A stretch of DNA of 63,993 nt, counting the filler, from Reticulomyxa filosa (lineage: Eukaryota; Protista; Foraminifera): NCBI GenBank assembly GCA_000512085.1. It is 25 parts of 25 records of this genome, joined end to end, with 100 filler letters (N's around TTAATTAATTAA, not from the genome) between each part and the next. Parts side by side here need not be neighbours in the genome. Positions count along the whole stretch, not along the records: positions 37,160 to 39,588 come from ASPP01002485.1; positions 39,689 to 40,701 come from ASPP01024509.1; positions 40,802 to 43,515 come from ASPP01028839.1; positions 43,616 to 45,364 come from ASPP01025943.1; positions 45,465 to 46,781 come from ASPP01042803.1; positions 46,882 to 48,464 come from ASPP01022324.1; positions 48,565 to 55,381 come from ASPP01022595.1; 18 more parts are not named here. One strand, 5' to 3'. Every line of letters starts with the position of its first letter. The stretch's first letter is position 1. The translations under genes were made by a program, and so were the position numbers. The notes beneath the pieces are model-generated. The model had not been told where the DNA came from and made no database searches. It worked only from the letters and a program-made list of their open reading frames with translations. Of the stretch, positions 37,160 through 49,429 are shown in pieces.

Positions 37160-39588
37160 TGTCAAGAATATTATGCAGCACAAAAAATTATATTTGATAT
37201 CATATCATGGAAACCGAATATTATTACAGTCGATAATCAACAATTTCAACAACAATTTAAAACACAGGTTCATCAGTTATCTATCAATCACAAATTATTA
37301 AATGAAGAATTGGGAATTATTCAATTTGTTGCAGAGAGAATATGTGATAATAATCCAATATTTGTAAATTTAAAATCAAGATTATTTAGGATTATTGAAT
37401 CATCAAAAAATAATGAAAATATTAGTATTGCAGCAGCAAATGCAATCACTATACTCAATTCAGCTAATATTGACATGGACTATCAAAATTGGAATGATAT
37501 AAAAATTCCTTATGCAATTTTAGATCGTGCATTTCTTGAAGGAACTAATTTTAGCAATGCGAATTTGGATCATGTGCATTTTCATCAAGCTTGCTTAACC
37601 AAGGTCAATTTCACAAATGCATCACTGAATGATATTTACTTTGGAGAATATGTATATTTAGAAGGACACTCAGATGTAGTAAAGGGAATTCAATTTTCAC
37701 CAGATGGAGCAAAAATATTATCTTATTCAAAAGATACAACAATTCGAATATGGGATACATCATCAAAAAAACAACTCCATGTACTAAAAGAACATTTAGA
37801 TGAAATAAGTGCAGCTAAATTTTCACATGATGGTTCCAAAATTGTGTCATGCTCAGAGGATGCAACTGTTCGAATATGGGATGTATTATCAGGTCAACAA
37901 ATTCAACTGTTGGAAGGACATGCAAATCAGGTGAATTCAGTAGAATTTTCATCAGATGATTCTAAGATTGTATCCTGTTCAATAGACGATACCATTCGAA
38001 TATGGGATGTATCATTTGGAAAACAAATTCAATTATTAAATGGGCATTCAGATATGGTAAATGACGTGAATTTTTCACCAGATGATTCTAAAATTGTTTC
38101 ATGTTCAAGTGATATATCCATTCGAATATGGGATGTATTTTCTGGAACACAGCTTCTATTGTTAGAAGGACATGAAGACGATGTAAAGGGGGTACAATTC
38201 ATATTCAACGGATCAAAGATTATATCATACTCAATGGATAAAACTATTCGAATATGGGATGCATTAACAGGTCAACAGATTCAAGTATTGGAAGGACATA
38301 CAAATGGTGTTGAAGGAATTCAATTATCACCAGATGGTTTAAATATCTTATCCTATTCATTGGATGAAATACGAATATGGAATTTGTTGTCTGGAAAACA
38401 ACTGCAAGTTCTAGAAGATTTTTCAAGTTATGTATCTACAGCAAATTTTTCATTGGATGGTTCTAGAATTGTATCTGGTTTAGGGGATGGTACAATTCAA
38501 CTATGGGATGTGTCATCTGGAAAACAAATTCAAGTGTTAAAAGGACATTTATTTTATATACCCAGTGTGAAATTTTTTCCAAATGAATCCAAAATTTTGT
38601 CATGTTCACATGATTGTACTATTCGAATGTGGGACATTTCTTTGGAAAAAAAATTCAATTAACAGAAGAGTATCCAGATATAACAAAAGTAAAATTTTCT
38701 CCTGATAGTTCTACAATTGTATTGCTGTCATTGAATAAAGTTAGATTGTGTGATGTACAATCAGGAAAACAAATTTGTGTATTTGAAGGTCATTCAGATA
38801 ATGTAAGAAATGTATTATTTTCACCAGATGGTTCTAAAATTGTATCATATTCATATGATAAAACAATCCGAATATGTGATGTATTATCAGGAAAACAGCT
38901 TCAATTATTGCAAGGACATTCAAAGTATGTAGATGAAGTACTATTTTCACCAGATGGTACTAAAATTATATCATATTCAGGCGATAAGACAATCCGAATA
39001 TGGGATGTATTATCAGGAAAACAACTTCAATTATTGCAAGGACATTCAGGAAGGATGAATAAAGTGCAATTTTCATCAGATGGTTCCAAACTTGTATCAT
39101 ATTCATATGATGGAATACTTCAAATATGGGATATATCATCAGGAAGACAAATTCAATTGTTGAATACTATATCTGATGCACAACTGCTGTCAGATGGATA
39201 TAGAATTATATTTTATTCAGATAATGCAATCAGATTATGGGATGCATTATCTAATAAACAAATTCAGATATTTGAAGAACGTGTAGATGGCGCACATGAA
39301 ATACAAATTTCAGCAGATGACTCTAAATTTCTATTGTATTCATGGAGTGATACAATGCAAGTATGGGATATATCATCCGGAAAACAACTTTTTTCATACA
39401 AAGTAAGTGAAAGATTGGCTAATGTAATATTTTCTCCAGATGGTACTACAATTGTGTCTTCTTTGGACGATAAAACAATTAAAGTGTGGGATATATTGAC
39501 TGGAAAAATTCAAACATTAGATGGGCATTCTGATCGTATAGATGGAATAAAATATTTATTGGATGGTTCTAAAATTATTTCATATTCA
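37160..39588 (+). CDS. NACHT/STAND-associated helical region + pentapeptide repeats + long WD40 array (NLR-like), partial at both ends
   Basis: Starts CQEYYAAQ (end of the winged-helix motif FxHxSxQEYxAA), then AAANAITILN, pentapeptides (AFLEGTNFSNANLDHVHFHQACLTKVNFTNASL) and about 15 similar GH..WD repeats. One frameshift in the A-run at about 38646-38652. Confidence 0.85.
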
Positions 39589-39688
39589 NNNNNNNNNNNN
39601 NNNNNNNNNNNNNNNNNNNNNNNNNNNNNNNNTTAATTAATTAANNNNNNNNNNNNNNNNNNNNNNNNNNNNNNNNNNNNNNNNNNNN

Positions 39689-39726
<38 letters not shown>

Positions 39727-39786
39727 AGAGGAGGAGGGAGGAAGGAGGGGAGGGGAGAGTGATTAGTCAAATGTCAACTTTCTTTG

Positions 39787-40630
39787 TCATGTTCGGAAGT
39801 CAAAACTTGCAGGAAGAGTAGTCAATTTTCCCAATGTCGGCGTTCCTTTCGGTACTGACTTGGTCTGGTTGGAATTGAGGTGATAGTCTGGTTGATTCAC
39901 ATCTGCGACGGACATTTTTTTTTTGGCTTCAAACTGAAAGCCATTAACAGCCGCGGCGACTGGTGACAAAGGTTTATCTTTTTCAGTTTTTACCTATGCA
40001 CGTTTCATTCACAATAATTTTGTGATTATGATTGGTTGTATATGTGTTTGATTAAAGAAGAAAAAGAGTATGCAAGCACCTCTTGACTCGTGTCATCTTC
40101 GTCATCAAAAACAGGGCTAGGAAGTCCACCATTTCCTATGGCTGTCGTTGTAGTGGTAGTGGTAGTGGTTGTGGTTGTGGTTGTTGACGAGCCAGCACTG
40201 GAATCGACGACCGATATCTTGACACTTTTGGGGATCGGCGGAGGCGACACTGTCCCGCTGGCGCTGCGCGTGTACTCGTCCGCTGAACTATCGTTGATGT
40301 TTTTGTTTTTGTTGCTGCTCGTGTCCGTGGTGCTGACGGAAGAGTTAAGGACGTTGCCAAGACTGACTGTTCCTCGGGAACTCATCGGAGGAGGTGGGGG
40401 GGCTTTTTGGCCTGAGTGACAGCGGAGGAACTCGCCTGGGTAGTGAGGCGTCGCATTTCAATTGGATTAGGTGGCGGAGACTTTGAAGTTTGTGCTGGTG
40501 TGGAAGTAGGGGAAGTGGAGACGGAAATCGAGACAGACGCGGAAGTGGAAGATATTGGCAACGACAGTGGTCCTGATGTCTGCACGGATTGCGCGGTTTC
40601 ATCACTTAACGCGAAGTTTCCCAATCCTGA
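39787..40630 (-). CDS. Low-complexity Pro/Ser/Thr-rich hypothetical protein, partial, spliced
   Basis: GC-richer coding-like segments with PPP motifs and poly-Thr. Intron at about 39994-40079 and a frame break near 40385-40400. Confidence 0.4.
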
Positions 40631-41019
40631 GTCCTTTTTTTTATTAGTGTATTTTTATCCGTTTCAAAAACAAATTCCATATTTTTTTTTTTTTTTTTTA
40701 ANNNNNNNNNNNNNNNNNNNNNNNNNNNNNNNNNNNNNNNNNNNNTTAATTAATTAANNNNNNNNNNNNNNNNNNNNNNNNNNNNNNNNNNNNNNNNNNN
40801 NCCCAAAAACTTCCCCAACATGACAATAGATAATCATTTGCTAATGCGAAACATTCGATATTACAAAACATAAACAACATTGCGGCTACTCCCATTCAGT
40901 CGGTATGCTTGATCAAATTTTTACTAAGGTTTTTTTTACATCGTCCATAGATTTTTTTTATACGTACGTATTGTTTCCCATTAGATCCCTTTTTTTTTAT
41001 TTTCGTGCTGCTTCAAAGT

Positions 41020-41371
41020 TCAAATTTCCTTGTCCACATTGAGCCAGTCACAACACTTGCTTGACGTCTCCACAAGATACTCATTTTCCAGCTCAGACAT
41101 AGCATCAATAGTTTTTTCACGTTTGATTTTGGTTTTAACTTCCAAATGTGGCTTTTTTTTTAGCGTAAGCATGTGCTTCTTCGCAGCTACAGGTGCACAA
41201 TTTTTTTGGAGTACATGGTATTTTTCTATTAACTGGGCCTGATAACTCTCGAAAATGGAGCGTGTGTCGCTATTAAATGTTTGTATTTCAGTCACAAATA
41301 TTTTTTTCTTGTTCCCAGAAAATTCACACTCTATCTCGCACAAACGACGGAAAATCCTTTTCAGTTGTCAT
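41020..41371 (-). pseudogene. Hypothetical coding remnant
   Basis: 107-aa ORF with an out-of-frame upstream ATG. No family recognised. Confidence 0.2.
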
Positions 41372-43615
41372 AAAACTAAAATTACCTGAAAACAAAATCA
41401 GGATTCACTTTCATAATATACAATTGCTCATCTTAAAGTAGCGAGAAAATAGCAAAACTTAACAACAAAGCTTTTTGTTCAATGCTTTTTTGTTCAAGAG
41501 CTTTTTTTTTCACCAATTTTTCCCGCAATTGAGTTAAATAATTTTACAGCCATTAAAAATAAAGCATAGTTGAAGTACTGTCAATTAAAGACAATTGAAG
41601 TTTTTTTAAGTTTATATTTAAACGTGAAATTTTATAATTTTACACTGCGTGTACTGAAATATCTTTGTTCTTCATTCTTTTTCTCACTTTTGGTCTAAAC
41701 TTCGGAACTATTGACACTTGTTACAACAGTATTTAAAAAATTAGAATTATGGTGGGGTTTTTTTTTGAGCTCTGTATTTTTGGATAAACAGTCTTCATTA
41801 AGAGATGGTTTGATACTTTTTCAGGTTCAAAGAACTTTGACGTTGGACGGTAAATAATTTGAATTAAAATAAAAAGGACATTTATTGTAAATGTTGGCAA
41901 CCTTCCACCACACAAAAAAAAAAACACCAAACACTCAAAAAATCTTTTTTCAGCGCAGGGTATCAATCGCAACACTCACTTAATGCCGGGCAAAAAAGTA
42001 AACTTTGAAAAAAATGTTCAATACGCCAGAAGTGTGAGTGAAAGGCGCATTCAATACTATAAATAGAATAAACTTCACGTTTCGTTTTAACATTGCCAGA
42101 AAAAAAGAGTGAATGGGGGGCTAAGCTGCAGAATGAAAAACAAATTCAACACAAATGAATGTACTTATGTATTGAGAAAAAATATTGATTGCATTAAAAA
42201 CTGATGAAACAAAGACAAAAAAGAAAATAAATGGGAGTCTTAAGAAAGAAGTAAACTTTAAGGAAAAGTGAAAAAAGGATAAATCTAATAGCATTTTTTC
42301 TTTTTCTTGGCGAAGTCAGACTCTTTTAAAATGTTACTGTGGCTTCAGAGTATCCCTGGCCAGCAGTTTCGTGAATTCGAAAAGCTTGTGACTTTTTGGA
42401 AGCATTAGCATCCTTGGAATTTACATAGAATAATTCATTGTGTTTAAACTGAGGATACAACAAATAAGCAATTGAATGAAATAGCGTTCTAACATTAGTT
42501 CCATATTTAGTACTTGTTTCAATAAAATACAGTTATCGTTCCTTGCGCTGTGGAAATCTTTTCACAATTGATGATGTAATTGAAAAATTGTAAAATTTTT
42601 CATTTGTGTTAATTAACTATTTCTTGTAAAAAATACGAACATTTTTTTTCATTTATTCGTTCATTGGTATATAACCTGTTCATAAACGTTACAAACAATG
42701 ACTATAACAACAAAAATAAAAAAACACTTATATGCTTTTTGTGATTATTTGAACAGTTGAAGCTGTTTAAGAGATTTATGATCACTCATTATTTTTTAAA
42801 AAAAGAAATTTAAAATAATAATGTTTTTTAATATTGACAGTAACTCAAATTTTTGTATTTCCTTATTTGGCAATAAATAAAAATAAAACAACTTGTGCTC
42901 TACGTATGTCTTTTAATTTGCACTTCTTCAAACAATCCCTCAGAGAGGAACGTTTGAATTACATGCGGCCCACTATTGGCAACCACAAATAAAATCTTTT
43001 CCTCGTCCAAATGATTTGGTGAATAATCCCACCAGAGTTGACGCAACTGTTTTTATTTTCATTACGTAGCTGTTTTCTAACTTTTGGCAGAGTAGCACTT
43101 ACGTAGTTTCACATTATTTGATTTGGGTGATAATAACGAACCATACGTTCAATAATTACTTACAATGGCCCAGCCTTTGACGGCTTTTAGCGCACAAAGC
43201 TTCAAATGATTTTGTTGCGCTATCTTACACTCAAACATCATTTCAATTAACAAATAGACTATAATTTTTGTTTGCTTTCTTTGCGAACATGTTTGACTGA
43301 TTGCCATCACATTACAGCCAACAAAAATCTTTTTTTTAACGCATGAAACCACTTTTTTTTTAGGACGTGTGTTTGTGGTGACAATTTTTTTTTTGATGAC
43401 TAGACTAAAAGAAAAAACGTTGTATGCGTATGCTTAGAATAATCACTTCCCAGTAGCACAGCCTTTGACTACTTTCAGCACTCAAAGTTTCAAACCATTT
43501 CAAGAGACAAAAAGTNNNNNNNNNNNNNNNNNNNNNNNNNNNNNNNNNNNNNNNNNNNNTTAATTAATTAANNNNNNNNNNNNNNNNNNNNNNNNNNNNN
43601 NNNNNNNNNNNNNNN

Positions 43616-45364
43616 AAAACGTTTGCGAGGTTTGAAGTGACACTATTTGCAATGTGTAGGTAATGCGAGGGCGTTGCCTTTTTGCAATGCGATACTGATT
43701 GATTGGTAGACGTTGTCGCGAGCTGCTGATACGGTAATGCGTTCCCTGTCGGCCAGAACTTGCGTGAGCTTGTCGCAGAACTTCCTTTTGTCTGGATGGA
43801 GACCATCCATTTTCTCAATGATGAGCGGAATGTATGTGATCGAATGTGTGTTGAAGGACTGGCGGTACTTGTTGATCTTGTGCTTGTAAAGTGTATCGGC
43901 CCCTTGCATCCTTTGCTGTGCGTTGTTGATGATCGAAAGATGTGTAATCCCGACGTCGAAGTGTATTGTGTCGGTGGTTGTTCCAAACCATTTCATTGCA
44001 ATGTCACCGGGTCTGCGATGATCGTGCTCGCTAAGCTCTACCTCACGTTGATGGCATAATCCAGCGCGGTTAAGGAGATTTGAAATGCACCGGATTACTG
44101 CATTGTGACGTGAGATTCGTCCTTTGCCATGCTTGCAAGTTAGAGCATGGTCGCCATGTAGGTCCATTTTATCTTGACAAGTCCCTCCGCCTTGACACAC
44201 TTTGCTTGTTGTGACATGCTGCGATAGTCGAAGGTGTAGTATTGCCTGAAACTCCTTGTTGTCGATTGCTAGACGTCGAAATTTGCTTGGATGAGCATGG
44301 AGGAAGGCGGATGCCTGATTGGAAGATAGAGTCAGTGTTATCGATTTTGTTCTGTCCGGTGCTTCACGAAGAAGGTACCGATCAGGTTGTTTTCGACGGC
44401 TTGAGATAGAGTTGCTTGTGTTGATAGTGTCAATGCATTTGTAATGTTATAAGGAATGGATGACCTCTGGTTGAAGGGATGTATTGCACTGTCGATTTTG
44501 TGGTTGGGGCTCCATTGTATATTGGCATAAGCGTTGTATACTTTGTTGAGATGGTGACTGGATGTGCTCGATGATGCTAGGAAGGCGGTACTGGCGAATG
44601 AGTCAACGGTGCGAATTCCCAGGCCTCCCTTTTTGATTGGGAGTTGGCATTGGAGCCATTGCATGTCAGGTAGCGGATGTACAACTATTATCTCTATGAT
44701 CTCCCTCGTTTTGAAGTCGAACATCTTTGCCTAGCTCTGGTGTCCATCGATAAAGTTGATGCGCATGTGATAATTGACTTTCAATATTTGCATGGAGTGA
44801 CGGAGCAAGAGCAGCATTGTTTGAGAATGGCGAAGCTTGGATAATCTGTCGAACTGATAACTCCATTCTTTCGCGAATGGCTCCATAATTTGTTTTGAAC
44901 TCGTCGTCGCCGATTGGAATGCTGACAATTGATGTGCAGAAAGAATGATTGTGAGGGATGGAGTCGAAAGGTGGGGGGAGGGGATGATTGAGTTGATGTG
45001 CAATCCATTCAATCTTGTTCCAGTTTATTGTGATACCATGTGAATGTTGGAATTTTGACAATGAGGAGAATGCAACGAGCAAAGTGGCCGAATTATCAGA
45101 GGCAAGAATCATGTCGCTGTGATACGCAGCGAAAAGCAAATTTTGTATTCCGGCAAACGTAATTTTTGTGACATCGGCCAAAACGATTGCGAACAGTGCG
45201 CTACCAAGGGGATCCACCTGGTGAACGCCAGTTTTTGAATTGATACTTGATCCATCTGGTAAATAAAGGGGGACATGGTTAGAATAGCAACCCCTGGCAT
45301 AGTTGTAGAGGTTAGGAATGTTGTTTCGAAGGAGATGGAGAAGCCTTGCTCGCTTAATGGAGTT
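43616..45364 (-). mobile_element. CRE-like (restriction-like endonuclease) non-LTR retrotransposon, 3' part, decayed
   Basis: RT motifs NSIKR, GVHQVDPLGSALF (GVxQGDPL), AYHSD (mutated YxDD), GITINWNK and QLPIKKGGLGIR. Zinc knuckle and RLE: C..C..DLHGDHALTC..RHNAV..RPGDI..FDVGI..KINKY..YIPLIIE..ISIALQKGNA. Stop at 43643; internal stops and frameshifts. Confidence 0.9.
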
Positions 45365-45464
45365 NNNNNNNNNNNNNNNNNNNNNNNNNNNNNNNNNNNN
45401 NNNNNNNNTTAATTAATTAANNNNNNNNNNNNNNNNNNNNNNNNNNNNNNNNNNNNNNNNNNNN

Positions 45465-45637
45465 AAAGTAAGAGTGGAACATATACAGTTGAGAGTATAA
45501 ATTGCAACGTCAGGCATTATCTAGCTAGATTTAGGCGCAGGTCAGGATGCTATTCAAAATCTCCAGCTATGGTTGAATTAGCCATAGTCTTCTTATTTGA
45601 AGAAGGCTTGCTGATGTATCTTTAAGGTAGCAATTCC
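45465..45637 (+). mobile_element. IS1-family insertion sequence, 3' end of the transposase and probable right end
   Basis: SKSGTYTVESINCNVRHYLARFRRRSGCYSKSPAMVELAIVFLF..* (45467-45625) matches the IS1 InsB C-terminus (T..VE..N..LRH.LARL.RKT.CYSKS..M). Followed by GGTAGCAATTCC. Confidence 0.8.
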
Positions 45638-45639
45638 CT

Positions 45640-46379
45640 TTAATCAACCAAGAAGATATTTATAGTAGGTTGATATGTTTTCACTTTATACTTGGCGATT
45701 TAAATAATCATGAATCTAATCGATCAGATAAAAAATCATATTCTTTAAGTACCTCCTCTAATAATTCATACGCTCGTTTGATTATGGAATCAGCTATGGC
45801 GACACAAAATCCTTATTTTATTGGAATTTCGTCGCATGCTTTTGCCGATACATGGGCGCACCAAAATTTTACAGGTCATTGGGATAGGTATAATGCTACT
45901 AAAGGCTTAGTTACTTTTTTTATTCCCAATTAGGGCATGCAGACTATTTATTAAAACCCGATAAAGTTAATTTTTATTGGAATGATGAGAGATTAATTAA
46001 CCCAACCGTAAATAATAATAAAAGGTTTTTAGATGCAGCTGCTAGGCTATACGAATTTTATTATGGTTGGTTTAATGAGGATAATAAATCAATTGCTACT
46101 GATGAATTTATTAATGAATTAACCCCTGCTATTTATAGGAAATCTTATCGAAGTAGATTAATAGAATACAATAAATTAGCCTGCAAATACTCAAAGTTTC
46201 ACATTATATCCTATAACCCTTATAAATGGTATAATTGTGCTGTTAGCAGAATCAAACCTTGGGTTGATAAAGAAAATTATTTAAACAAAGATTGGTATTT
46301 GTTTCAGGAATCTGCTAAGTCATATTTTCAATACACTTCTCAATTGTTGGAATCTCGGATTAAACCATTTATAAATTAG
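45640..46379 (+). pseudogene. Bacterial DUF6765-like protein (Zn-dependent PLC/P1-nuclease-like motifs), 5'-truncated by IS1 and frameshifted
   Basis: FHFILGD, IGISSHAFADTWAHQNFTG, (frameshift at about 45931) GHAD..PD, NNKRFLDAA and WYLFQESAK. No introns; no start codon after the IS end. Confidence 0.6.
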
Positions 46380-46557
46380 AAAGTTAAATTTTAAGAAAAA
46401 TTTAAAAATAGAGTTGGATAACTTTTTGGTGTTCTTACCAATTTTTTTAATAGTTGGTATACTGATTTATTTCTCACTGGCTCATGAACCTTGTTTTACC
46501 TCAGCTTATTATCCTTTACTCATTTCTTGCTTTGGTCTGATATATTATAAAAATAAT

Positions 46558-46781
46558 CGGATTTATACACTTTAAGGCTTGACAATGACTTTAAGCCCTT
46601 TTATAATATAGCCTCGTCAAGTTGCTAAATTATAAATAAAAAGTCTATGAATATTTTAGAAATAACCAAGAAGTTTTCAACACAAAAGAAATGTTTAGGC
46701 CATCTTGAAAAGGTTAGATGGAATGGTGAAATCAAGTGTGTTTATTGTGGTTCTGATAAGGTTTGCAAGCATACAGAAGAA
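46558..46781 (+). mobile_element. IS1595-family insertion sequence, left end and transposase N-terminus (truncated by the contig end)
   Basis: ORF from 46647, MNILEITKKFSTQKKCLGHLEKVRWNGEIKCVYCGSDKV, is the IS1595 Zn-ribbon N-terminus (F.TE..C..YLE..RW....CPxCG). Candidate left inverted repeat CGGATTTATACACT at 46558. Confidence 0.8.
46579..46607 (+). promoter_or_regulatory. Perfect sigma70 consensus promoter (TTGACA-N17-TATAAT) upstream of the IS1595 transposase
   Basis: TTGACA at 46579-46584, 17-bp spacer, TATAAT at 46602-46607, about 40 bp upstream of ATG 46647. Confidence 0.8.
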
Positions 46782-48305
46782 NNNNNNNNNNNNNNNNNNN
46801 NNNNNNNNNNNNNNNNNNNNNNNNNTTAATTAATTAANNNNNNNNNNNNNNNNNNNNNNNNNNNNNNNNNNNNNNNNNNNNCGTTTTAGGCGTTCAGTTT
46901 TCTTTGCAACCTACTGTATGATTAAAAGATATGACATTGGTGCAATGTTGTAACTTTCTTCGAAAATCAATACTTTGTGTTAAAGATTTTATTGTTATAT
47001 CCTTTGTTACGTTTTCGTGAACACACAGCAAAATTTGTCACGTTTTTTTGTTGCGAAGGGAAAAACCATGATATTAACAATGTAAGTGACTATTTACGAC
47101 TAAGACTATGCCTTTTTTTGGTATATGTTACTCCATTTTCTCTCACTCCAAATTACATTTTTAAAAAATCAGCTTTCACAATTCGATCAACGACAAACAA
47201 TTTTTTGAACAAATATGATCCGATGAAAAATGTTTTTACTGAACGAAAACACGCGATGTCATGGCCATTGTTTTTTAATATAAAATTATTTGCTCGAATT
47301 ATGCTGTCAATTATTTTTTCGATTTCAGAGATGAGCAGCCCAAAATTTCTTAAAGAAAAGTAAATTGAATAAAATATAACAAAGACAAAACCTCTGTTAG
47401 AGGAATATCCCATCAATACAGCAACAACAAAATTCCTTTTCTTTTTCATACTTAAAGCTAGTATAATTTTTGCAAAGTTTTTCTTTCTTCACAAACGTTC
47501 TGTTTAAGAAAAGGAACTATTAGTCTTTTTTTTTAAAATGAACTATAAAGTCGAAAGGCGATGAGTAAAAGGGATATTTTAGAAATGCAGAACACACAAC
47601 GTTCTGTAATTCCTTGATTTACACAGATTTAAATAAATTACTCTGTTTGCAGAAGTGAAACGCTTCAATTGACACATATTTGAAATAAACAACACGATTA
47701 CTTCAAGCATTCAAAAGTAAAATATTGTAAATTATTTTTAATTTGTATAATTTAAAAAAGAATTTACAATTCCAGTTTAATTGATTATCACATCTTCTAA
47801 CTTTGTCCTTCATTCGATTGTAATCTAAGTATTAAACTGCATCTAATGAGTGTTCATGCAAAATTTCACTATCGAATTTTTTAAAAAAGAATTTTGTAAT
47901 TGAAAAATAATGTTGTAGAAATAAACAATACGTGAACTTTATTTATTTTCTTCTTTCTTAAAGGATTATTTTAATGTTTCAAAGACTTTTTCATTGTATA
48001 ACATTTGTGTTTCCGATGCTTTGATCATTTCAAAAAGGACAGTAACTAATTGCAACAAGACTGTCACAAACTCAGACTTGATTGATAGATAACAACGTTT
48101 AACAGATATTATTACTTTTGCACTAAAATTTATCAATGCAATAATTTAATTTTTAATTTATTTCAATTTTCACTGCTCAAATTATGTGCAATTTCTGAGT
48201 TTTATTAACCAAATAAAAAATGTCAGTGTGAAATATTTTTTTGTTTTTCAAAAAGGGTCATGTCACATTCCCTTTTTTTAAAAAAATTTCCTAAACCTCA
48301 ACAAC

Positions 48306-48464
48306 ATGGCCAAGCAAACTACAACACAAAACTCTCCTGAAATAGAAGCTGAACGAAGTCAGCAGATTAATACCCACTTTCAAACTTTGAAGGAATTGCC
48401 CACTCTACTTAAACAGTCTCAATGTGTGCTATACAAACACGAAATCCTCATTTGTGGAGGTTAT
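48306..48464 (+). CDS. Kelch-family protein N-terminus (third paralogue), 3'-partial
   Basis: FQTLKELPTLLKQSQCVLYKHEILICGGY aligns with the start of 21643-22728. Confidence 0.8.
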
Positions 48465-49429
48465 NNNNNNNNNNNNNNNNNNNNNNNNNNNNNNNNNNNN
48501 NNNNNNNNTTAATTAATTAANNNNNNNNNNNNNNNNNNNNNNNNNNNNNNNNNNNNNNNNNNNNCTTTTTTTTTGTTTTGTTTTGGGTTTGTTTTTTTCT
48601 TCTTTTCTTTCTCACATGCCAAACAACATGCTGTAGTACCAGCCAAACGTACAAAACAATGACAGACAAAATGAAAATGAAATAAAAACAAGCAAAAGTC
48701 ACTCGACGCATCCTGGGGCCTGAAGACATGCAGCATTTCCCATTCCTTTCGGCTTGTTCAAAATTTTGTGATATATAATTAACAATATTTTTACTTATGC
48801 CCTTTTGTTTTTTTTTAAGATCTTGCTCACTGAATTATTGTGACAGAAGGGAAACTCAAAAACTACCCAAATTTACATAATCTGATTAATCATATATTTT
48901 ATTGTTGTTTTGTGTAATGATTTACTACACACAAAAACATGAGATGAGTTACAAAATTGAATTTTTTAAAATACAAGGTGAAATACTTTTTATTCTTGGT
49001 AGCAGAATTTTACTTTGCAATTTTTGATAAAAATATGTTATAAGTTACAAATAAGTAATTTAAATGAAAAATAAAATTTGTGGTTTGCAATGATTTTAAA
49101 TTTTTTCGAGATAACCTATCTTTGAAAAATGTTTCAGAAAAGCAACGTATTTGTTCAACTCCATGATTACACATGAGAATAAGTGAGAACGAGACGTAAC
49201 CTATTTAATGAAAGATAAGCGATTATTATCTAAAAGATATCCGGACGTCATCAAAAATAATGAAGATTGATTTATAGCATCGTTCGTCAACTCAAATTTC
49301 TCTTTCATAAAAAAAAGCTCAGGTAAAATGTTACTTATCAAAAAAATCTTTTTGAAAATATCCGTAGTTCTTGTAGTTTTTAAGTGTCGTTTGTTTTTCA
49401 ACGAAAAAAAGGGGCTTGATTTGCTTTGT

